This document shows positions 1 through 5,958 of a stretch of 11,994 bases of DNA, piece after piece. The notes beneath the pieces are model-generated. The model was not told the origin of the DNA. It saw only the letters and a list, made by a program, of their open reading frames with translations, and searched no databases. This DNA is from Bdellovibrionota bacterium (GTDB lineage Bacteria; Bdellovibrionota_C; UBA2361; JBGSMV01): NCBI GenBank assembly GCA_041739995.1, contig JBGSMV010000003.1, positions 1 to 11,994 on the forward strand, read 5' to 3'. The translations under genes were made by a program, and so were the position numbers. Within the stretch, counting starts at the first letter, position 1; every line of letters begins with the position of its first letter.

Positions 1-69
1 CAGCTACTCTCAAACCCATCAAACTTCGGAAGCAACTTCGCTCCCAGTTAAGACAGGTGCTTAAGCATG

Positions 70-135
70 CTTCGGTAACATCCAATTACGAGGCTTCAGA
101 TCAAGGCTCCTTCGGTAACACCTAATTGTGAGGCT
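70..135. repeat. Imperfect direct repeat, 2 x 26 bp, period 40
   Basis: cttcggtaacatccaattacgaggct (70-95) vs cttcggtaacacctaattgtgaggct (110-135): 22/26 identical, all four differences are transitions, 14-nt spacer. Confidence 0.8.
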
Positions 136-185
136 CTCCGTTGGTGCTTGACCGATAGCAATCTAGTGCTTGTAAGTTTAGGAGG

Positions 186-374
186 TTAGCAGAGCGTTTG
201 GAGCGTCAAAGTGAGTTTGTTTGACGAAGCTGACCTACGGGCGTAGTTTTCCAGCCCTTCACTGCTCATTTTCAATTCTGGCTCTGGGTTGGCTTTCTCT
301 CGTATCGCCATGAGCTGCTCTTTGACTCGCTCTTTGCTTAAGAGCGCAGCTCTGATGCCATGCGTGGTTCTCAT
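186..374 (-). CDS. Possible small hypothetical protein (about 62 aa from ATG 374)
   Basis: ORF MRTTHGIRAALLSKERVKEQLMAIREKANPEPEL... has a charged, helical-looking composition and fills an otherwise empty region. Only a weak purine-rich tract (AGAGAG) lies upstream. No recognisable family. Confidence 0.3.
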   Translation of the reverse strand: MRTTHGIRAALLSKERVKEQLMAIREKANPEPELKMSSEGLENYARRSASSNKLTLTLQTLC

Positions 375-380
375 ACACAT

Positions 381-1158
381 TTCTCTCTTGTGCACCACCG
401 CCGTGTGACGGTGCGACTTAAGGATTTTCCCTGTTCTTCCTGTGGTTTTGGAGGTGCAACATGTTGCAACAGTGTCTTTGTGTCTTCCGGATGTATCGGA
501 GCATTGTCGTGCTTCAGCTCTGTGCCAGTGTGTTTGCCATGTCCGTGCCGATCTTGGCGCTTCTGCGCGACTTCCTCGGACTGCCGACCTGGGGGCTGCT
601 GCTTGGATTCAACCTGGCGTTGGTGCTCTGGTTGGTCGGCTCGTGTCGGACGCTCGCAATTGTTCGGCGTCGCGAAGGGGTGGCTCAGTTCTTGGGCGTC
701 GTGCCCATCCCCGAATCGGAATCGCCTCGCGAAGTGTTTGCGCTTGGCGATGGGATTCGGCTCATTCATTACGGGGTGTGCCTGCTCGGCCTGCTCGTTT
801 GTTGGATGACCAGCCTTGCGAGTTTTGGTGAAGCTCTGGGGTTCGAGAACGTCGATGAGCGTTCGGTGTTTGGAAGTGCCGGCATGGGCCCCTACTTGCT
901 TGTGCCTGCCGTGAGCTTCTTCGCCCTGTTTGGAATGCAGATGCTGTTCTTGGCGCGCGTGGAAGACTGGTACCAAGAAGTTCGTCGGCTCGTGGTACTC
1001 CCTGAACTGTCTCCATCTGAGTGGGCGCTTGTGCAGACTGCGTAAGCACCGCACCACCAGTGCGAGTGTCTCGTGTTCCTTGCCCATCTCTAGGAGTGCT
1101 GCGTAATTGGCAAAGGCCAGTCGCAATCAGCATATCGGAGGTGGTGCACAGCAGAGAA
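381..1158. repeat. 23-bp imperfect inverted repeat pair (381-403 and 1136-1158) flanking the membrane protein gene
   Basis: 381-403 ttctctcttgtgcaccaccgccg vs reverse complement of 1136-1158 ttctctgctgtgcaccacctccg: 20/23 identical with an 11-bp perfect core tgtgcaccacc. Confidence 0.6.
461..1045 (+). CDS. Hypothetical integral membrane protein (about 4 TM helices), 194 aa
   Basis: GGAGGT Shine-Dalgarno at 450-455, 5 nt before ATG 461. Hydrophobic segments IVVLQLCASVFAMSVPILALL, WGLLLGFNLALVLWLVGSC, IHYGVCLLGLLVCWMTSLA and YLLVPAVSFFALFGMQMLFL are separated by polar loops. Confidence 0.75.
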   Translation: MLQQCLCVFRMYRSIVVLQLCASVFAMSVPILALLRDFLGLPTWGLLLGFNLALVLWLVGSCRTLAIVRRREGVAQFLGVVPIPESESPREVFALGDGIRLIHYGVCLLGLLVCWMTSLASFGEALGFENVDERSVFGSAGMGPYLLVPAVSFFALFGMQMLFLARVEDWYQEVRRLVVLPELSPSEWALVQTA

Positions 1159-1293
1159 TATCTTGGAGAATTAATGTAGAAAGTCTCGTAGCCCGCCTTT
1201 GGTGTTTAACCAAACACAAAGTTTTCTGGTGGAATCATCGTTCCGTATTAGAGAAATATTCTACGCTACATTTGACATGTACATGATTCTAAC

Positions 1294-3777
1294 GTGACCG
1301 CGTTAGCAGGGAGCGTACTAAAGCGTTCCCAGGCTAGCGAGGAGGATGCGGACAGAGTCATGCAGCTCCACTCTAGCCAACCAAGAAAACAACAGCCGGG
1401 AGGGAATACCCCAGGGGGTCGTTCTCCTGGTAATGGGGTGCCATCAAACGACGGCACTCCCCCTTTCCAGACGATACCTATTCCCAGCCCCCAGGTGATT
1501 GGTGAATTGATGGTGATCGCTCAGAGAATTGGTGGCGACTTTAGAATGTCAGTCTGTGTAGGAAACCCTGGAGAAGGCAGTTTTTTCAATCCTGAAACAT
1601 GCGAAATCACCTTAGACCCTGTCCACATTGTACATAGTCCCCTTTTCGCGAAGTTTGTCGCAGGCCATGAAGGGTCGCATCGAGCGATTACGCTCAAACT
1701 CACTGACCTTGGGATGTCTGAAGAGGAAGCCACCTTTTTTCTCTCGCACATTGGATTTCATGCCGGATTCAACGGTTGCGAAGACAATGCGGTAAACACT
1801 TGGATGATCAAAGTCTTTCCTGGAATGGAGGGGCCGGTCAAGGCGGTCTACAATGAAATGTTCTGCCGGCCCAATGTCGAGGTGCAGCTCCCCGCTATCG
1901 AGCTTGCGCGTGAACAATTAGGCCGCTATCCGCGCTTTGGCCATTATATCTCTGAAATAATACGTGACTGGCATACCGGCTCATTCAGCCCAAATCTCGA
2001 TCCAGAAGTAGAGCGAGTGCTCAAACACACAATTCGCTCGGTTCGTAAGTACACCGGGGAGACTCCGGGAGAGCATGCGTCTCACTCAGATAAAATTGTA
2101 TCAATGCAACGGCGAATGGAGATCTATCGCCACGATGTGTGGCCCGAGCTTCAGAAACTAGTTGAGCTAGACCTGAAGAACGAGGAAGAGCATCAGCTTC
2201 TAAAAGATATCTTGAAGCTAAAAGAAGAATTACGGGAGCTCAAGCAAGAGAAAGCTGGAACATTTCAGAGAGGCGATCGCTATTCAGAAGCACAACGTCA
2301 CAAACGAATCGCCGAAATTGAAGCCAAGCTCTCTGAGATAGATAAGCTCGGTGGCGGGGAGCTTTTGAAGCTTGACGCAAAGCTCGAAAAAATGATTCGT
2401 GAGGCTGCTGAGCGCTTGGCGAAGCAGTACGACAAGCTAACGGAGGAGCTTGAAGCGGCAGAAGCACGGGTGTGTCAGCTTGATCAGCAGAGACACGCAC
2501 TTCAGCGTCAATTGCTGCAGGTTAAAGACCCAGAACTACGAGCTAAGCTGCAGCAGAAACTCGCTGAGAATCAAAAGGAACTCGCAGAGGCTCAGCGCGC
2601 ACTTCACGAAGCAGCGCGTAAACTTGAGGCAATGCAAGCGTCTGGCCAGGGCGGCGGGGGCGCGGGTGGAGGCATGGCTATAGATATGAGCCAACTCTCG
2701 CCTGAGACCCAAAAGGCACTGAGGAAGTTGTTTCAGCGTTTGCCACAAAGCAACCAACAGCAAATGCGAGGACGTGCTGAACAAGCACTTAGGCGCTTCG
2801 ACGATCAGGTTGCCAAGGATCTTGAGGGTAAGCTCAACGAAGGAAATCCATCGCACGCCGACAGAGAGCCTCGCTCACCACAGCCGCGGAACTGGAGTGC
2901 CTATGAGCAGCACATGCGTCAGGCCCTGGAAAACTTCGAGATTCCGCGAGAGCGCATGTCTGAGAGTCGGCGTAGTCAGAAAACGAGTGACTCGTCTCCA
3001 TGGATGCGAGCCATGCAGGTGGTGGGCGACCAGGTGACGCCGCTCTATCTTAGACTCAAGCGTTTTCTCAGACCACAAGAGGATCCCGCTTGGGAGCCAG
3101 ACTTTGCAAGCGGTGGCCGCCTCAACCTTGACCGCGTGATGCAGAGTGAAGCCGACCCCCGAGCGCTGGACCGTATTTGGGAACGTCGAGGCGTGCCGCG
3201 AGCGTTTGACTACCGCTTCTCATTTCTAGTCGACATTTCAGGCTCAATGCAGGGCGAAAAAGCTGAGGAAACCTTCAAAGGCTTGGTGGTTCTGGCTGAA
3301 GTGCTCGAGCGCCTCGAGATTCCGTACGAGATCGGTTGTTTCGGCAGCTTCTTTTGTAACTTAAAAGCATTCACTGAAAAATTGACCGATAGGGGGCGCG
3401 TCGCAACCGCACAAAGTCTCTTATCGAATGGAGGCGGAACCATGGATGCCTGGGCACTGGACCGCACCTACAAGCGCATGTGCGCCAATCTCGGAAAAGA
3501 CAACTTCATTGTGGTGATGACTGACGGTGAGTCTGGCATGCCAGGAGACTTAGCGGCGGTGATAAATCGAATAAAAAAGGAAAAGCAAGTGAAGCTGCTG
3601 GCCCTTGGACTTGGACCCTATACCGACTTTGTGAAGAACAGCTATCCGCATGCAGTCGGGAACGTAGAGATGCGGCTGTCGGATCAACAAAGGGCGAAAG
3701 GCGCGCTCGAATTTCTCGATGTAGTGACGATTCTTCTTGAGGACATGGTGGTAAATCCAGGGAGCTACGACGCATGA
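1294..3777 (+). CDS. vWA (MIDAS) domain protein with N-terminal HExxH putative metallopeptidase domain and central coiled coil (CobT/DUF2201-like MoxR partner); start may be ATG 1360
   Basis: 827-aa ORF. HEGSH at 1666-1680 is followed by NGCEDNAVN (1771-1797). An E/K/Q/L/A-rich heptad region spans about 2150-2640 and a Gly linker 2641-2673. GGRLNLDRVMQ precedes the vWA domain. Complete MIDAS: FLVDISGSM (D at 3232), GGGT (T at 3439), IVVMTDGE (D at 3523), then LLALGLG. GAGGAGG at 1339-1345 suggests ATG 1360 as an alternative start. Confidence 0.9.
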   Translation: MTALAGSVLKRSQASEEDADRVMQLHSSQPRKQQPGGNTPGGRSPGNGVPSNDGTPPFQTIPIPSPQVIGELMVIAQRIGGDFRMSVCVGNPGEGSFFNPETCEITLDPVHIVHSPLFAKFVAGHEGSHRAITLKLTDLGMSEEEATFFLSHIGFHAGFNGCEDNAVNTWMIKVFPGMEGPVKAVYNEMFCRPNVEVQLPAIELAREQLGRYPRFGHYISEIIRDWHTGSFSPNLDPEVERVLKHTIRSVRKYTGETPGEHASHSDKIVSMQRRMEIYRHDVWPELQKLVELDLKNEEEHQLLKDILKLKEELRELKQEKAGTFQRGDRYSEAQRHKRIAEIEAKLSEIDKLGGGELLKLDAKLEKMIREAAERLAKQYDKLTEELEAAEARVCQLDQQRHALQRQLLQVKDPELRAKLQQKLAENQKELAEAQRALHEAARKLEAMQASGQGGGGAGGGMAIDMSQLSPETQKALRKLFQRLPQSNQQQMRGRAEQALRRFDDQVAKDLEGKLNEGNPSHADREPRSPQPRNWSAYEQHMRQALENFEIPRERMSESRRSQKTSDSSPWMRAMQVVGDQVTPLYLRLKRFLRPQEDPAWEPDFASGGRLNLDRVMQSEADPRALDRIWERRGVPRAFDYRFSFLVDISGSMQGEKAEETFKGLVVLAEVLERLEIPYEIGCFGSFFCNLKAFTEKLTDRGRVATAQSLLSNGGGTMDAWALDRTYKRMCANLGKDNFIVVMTDGESGMPGDLAAVINRIKKEKQVKLLALGLGPYTDFVKNSYPHAVGNVEMRLSDQQRAKGALEFLDVVTILLEDMVVNPGSYDA

Positions 3778-4214
3778 ACATTGGTGCGGTATCCGATTTT
3801 TGTCGAAGCATGCAGCAATCCGTAGCCTTTGATGATCGTCTTGGATTGGTGCTTTGGGAGCAGCCAAAAAACAAGATGCCAATCCTTAGAGCCTTGGTAA
3901 GACGTTTGGGGGCGGACGTAATGAGTTACTGCTCTGACACTGACCAAGAAGTAGTTCGCAATATTCGAAGGAACGCCCTCACCTCCCGAACTTCGGTGCT
4001 TCTGGTGCGGGACGAGCCGATTGGGGAGTTGAACGCGCTGATTCGACGATTGGTATGCGTAGGCGAGCGGACTATCACGGCTCCATCGAAATTCGCTCTC
4101 GATCCAAAAGTTGTGTTGATGTTGTCAGCACAACTATATCGCTCCATTTCGACTGCACATCCAGTTTTTAAAATCGGGTGCGTACTATCGCGCACCGAGA
4201 ACGAAGTTCATTAG
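3774..4214 (+). CDS. Hypothetical 146-aa protein, probable degenerate AAA+ (pseudo-ATPase) core
   Basis: ATGA overlap with the vWA gene stop indicates translational coupling, and it ends 15 nt before the ATPase start. Motif order follows an AAA+ core: LVLWEQPKNK(MPILRALVRRLG), SYCSDTD, SVLLVRDE, LNALIRRL..GERTI, KVVLMLS. The gene call is solid; the fold call is inference. Confidence 0.7.
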   Translation: MNIGAVSDFCRSMQQSVAFDDRLGLVLWEQPKNKMPILRALVRRLGADVMSYCSDTDQEVVRNIRRNALTSRTSVLLVRDEPIGELNALIRRLVCVGERTITAPSKFALDPKVVLMLSAQLYRSISTAHPVFKIGCVLSRTENEVH

Positions 4215-4229
4215 AGGGGGAAGAGTAGT

Positions 4230-5942
4230 ATGCCTGAACCAGTACCGGCACCAGCAACGAATTCTAGTCTGTCGATGCAGCGCGCGCACGAGCGTGAGCT
4301 CATAGACCAAATTCGTCAGAAAGATCGACACGGAGATTTTCGCTCCTGCCTAGTGGTGGAGGTGCTTCGTCCCGGGAAGCAAACGGTCATTCACTTCGCC
4401 AATCCGTATCTCGAACAGCCAGGGGTAGTTTCAATTCAAACTTCGCGCTCCCGTGAAGAGGTGGAACGAATCGCGCAGAAAATTATCCCCACGCGCGAAG
4501 CCTGCGACATGATGAGTTTTCTGGCTGAGTGTTATGCCATGCGCCTCCCTGCCCTAATCGAAGGTCCAACGGCGTTGGGGAAAACCTACCTTATCAAGAA
4601 GTTCAACGAGCTGCTCTACGGCGAAGGTGTCGCTCCGCTAGACTTCTATTGCTCGGGACAAACTGATGTGGCGGAGCTCATGGCCCGCTGGGTTCCAAAG
4701 ACCTCCAATAAGCGCGAGCAGGATCTATGGCAGCAGTTCCTTCGAAGTGAAGATGGTCAGAAGCGTTTGGATGCGGTGGTCGTAGAACAAAATTCTCAGT
4801 CCGGCGAGGTTGCGCATGAGGTTACGATTGCGGCACTACGGCGCCTGGCTGAGGAGGTGGGACTCTCGGGTAAGACTCAATGGGAACTGCAGCTTGGCGC
4901 GGTCCCCAAAGCCATGCTTGGTTCCCACGACGCCAAGGGTGAGTTTAGCTACTCCGAAGATAATCCAATTGGCTGTATCCTGCATGTCGAGGAAGTGGGG
5001 CTCGCTCGTCCTGCGGTGGTGAATGCATTGTTAAAAGTGCGTGGTGAGCTTGGTCAAGTGTGCCAGGAGATTGAGCTGTGGGAGGACGGTGGGCGCCGTA
5101 TTAAGGCAGGCTCGAAGTTCTGGTTTGTGATGAGCACCAATCCGCCGGAAGACTACGGTGCGCGAGAACCGGTAGACCAGGCACTCGCTCGTGGCCTCGT
5201 GTTCCGTCGCTACCCCTCAGTCGATAAGAGCTCATATTTGATGGTAGCTCGCCGCTACTTTGGCTTTGAGATGGGAAATCGCCCCAAGGAACCACCGCCT
5301 CGCTGTATTCTTCCAATTTATCGACATCCGGAGCTGTGTGCTGAAGTTGCAGATTTTATGGCTGAGTTTCACGCCTGCTGCGTCGATCAGTGCCGCGGTG
5401 GTGAGAGTGGACGGGCGCAGAGAATCCCGGTGACCTTTGATGACATGGCGCGTGTGGCCTCTTTCCTTCTTACTTGTCAGGTACGAGACCACGCGACCGG
5501 AGGGTTTGACGTGGTGGAAACCCTACGGCGATCCGTTGAGCGCATGTATTTAGGAAGACTGCTTCCGGAGGAACGGGTTGAGCGCGGGGTGAATGTGCTG
5601 CAAGAAGCGGGTGCCCGGCCAAGTGGAGGCCAGGGGCTTACCTTAAGGGCAAAGTTGACGGCGCTTTTCGAGCAGCTGCTTGTGGGAGAGACCGGCATTA
5701 AAACATTCGAGCAAAAGAAGCTTAAACGTGCGGAGATTTTTAAGGTTCTTGTCGGTCGTGCGCACGACGCGGAAGAGCGTCAGCGCTTTGGAAGAGATCT
5801 TTCGCCTGAGGAGGAGCTCGAGTTCCGTCGCGAACGACTTAGATCGGAAGCCGGTCATCAGATTGGAATCGTCGAGCAACTTATCGCTCGGCGCACTCCT
5901 TCGCATGAGACCCATGGGGGTCGAACTTCCCAATCCGCTTAG
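4230..5942 (+). CDS. MoxR/dynein-related (AAA_5, midasin-like) AAA+ ATPase, 570 aa
   Basis: Walker A LIEGPTALGKT (GPTALGKT at 4563-4586), FYCSGQTDVAELMARW typical of AAA_5 members, Walker B ILHVEE (4977-4994) followed by LARPAVVNALL, pre-sensor-1 hairpin IELWEDGGRRIKAGSKF, sensor 1 FVMSTNP, YGAREPVDQAL. GAGGGGG upstream of the ATG. Confidence 0.9.
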   Translation: MPEPVPAPATNSSLSMQRAHERELIDQIRQKDRHGDFRSCLVVEVLRPGKQTVIHFANPYLEQPGVVSIQTSRSREEVERIAQKIIPTREACDMMSFLAECYAMRLPALIEGPTALGKTYLIKKFNELLYGEGVAPLDFYCSGQTDVAELMARWVPKTSNKREQDLWQQFLRSEDGQKRLDAVVVEQNSQSGEVAHEVTIAALRRLAEEVGLSGKTQWELQLGAVPKAMLGSHDAKGEFSYSEDNPIGCILHVEEVGLARPAVVNALLKVRGELGQVCQEIELWEDGGRRIKAGSKFWFVMSTNPPEDYGAREPVDQALARGLVFRRYPSVDKSSYLMVARRYFGFEMGNRPKEPPPRCILPIYRHPELCAEVADFMAEFHACCVDQCRGGESGRAQRIPVTFDDMARVASFLLTCQVRDHATGGFDVVETLRRSVERMYLGRLLPEERVERGVNVLQEAGARPSGGQGLTLRAKLTALFEQLLVGETGIKTFEQKKLKRAEIFKVLVGRAHDAEERQRFGRDLSPEEELEFRRERLRSEAGHQIGIVEQLIARRTPSHETHGGRTSQSA

Positions 5943-5958
5943 TGTTTTTAGGAGTACT

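Noticed and set aside
3..125. 3' end of an upstream + strand CDS
   Set aside because: An open frame exists but is only 40 codons with no recognisable motif, so it cannot be supported without upstream sequence.
70..135. CRISPR array
   Set aside because: Only two diverged copies, a 14-nt spacer, and no cas genes in the window.
371..1126. 251-aa minus-strand ORF, plus the Cys-rich + ORFs 360-809 and 442-831
   Set aside because: These are shadow frames of the membrane protein gene 461-1045, which has a strong RBS and a coherent TM pattern. The H/Q/K-rich composition is what the antisense of hydrophobic codons gives.
1198..1226. Hairpin gtgttt-aacc-aaacac followed by gttttct as a terminator or attenuator
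   Set aside because: The stem is short and AT-rich and too weak to support a call.
1272..1300. Sigma70 promoter from TTGACA at 1272-1277
   Set aside because: No credible -10 hexamer at 16-18 nt spacing, so it is not called.
1294..5942. Assignment as cobT/cobS, norD/norQ, cbbO/cbbQ or viaA/ravA
   Set aside because: Only generic vWA and AAA+ motifs are shared. The sizes, inserts and extra genes differ and no pathway genes are nearby, so no gene symbol is given.
5680..5958. 93-codon N-terminal extension of the HEAT protein
   Set aside because: It overlaps the ATPase C-terminus by 263 nt and is S/R-rich like a shadow frame. A good RBS and ATG exist at 5950-5961.
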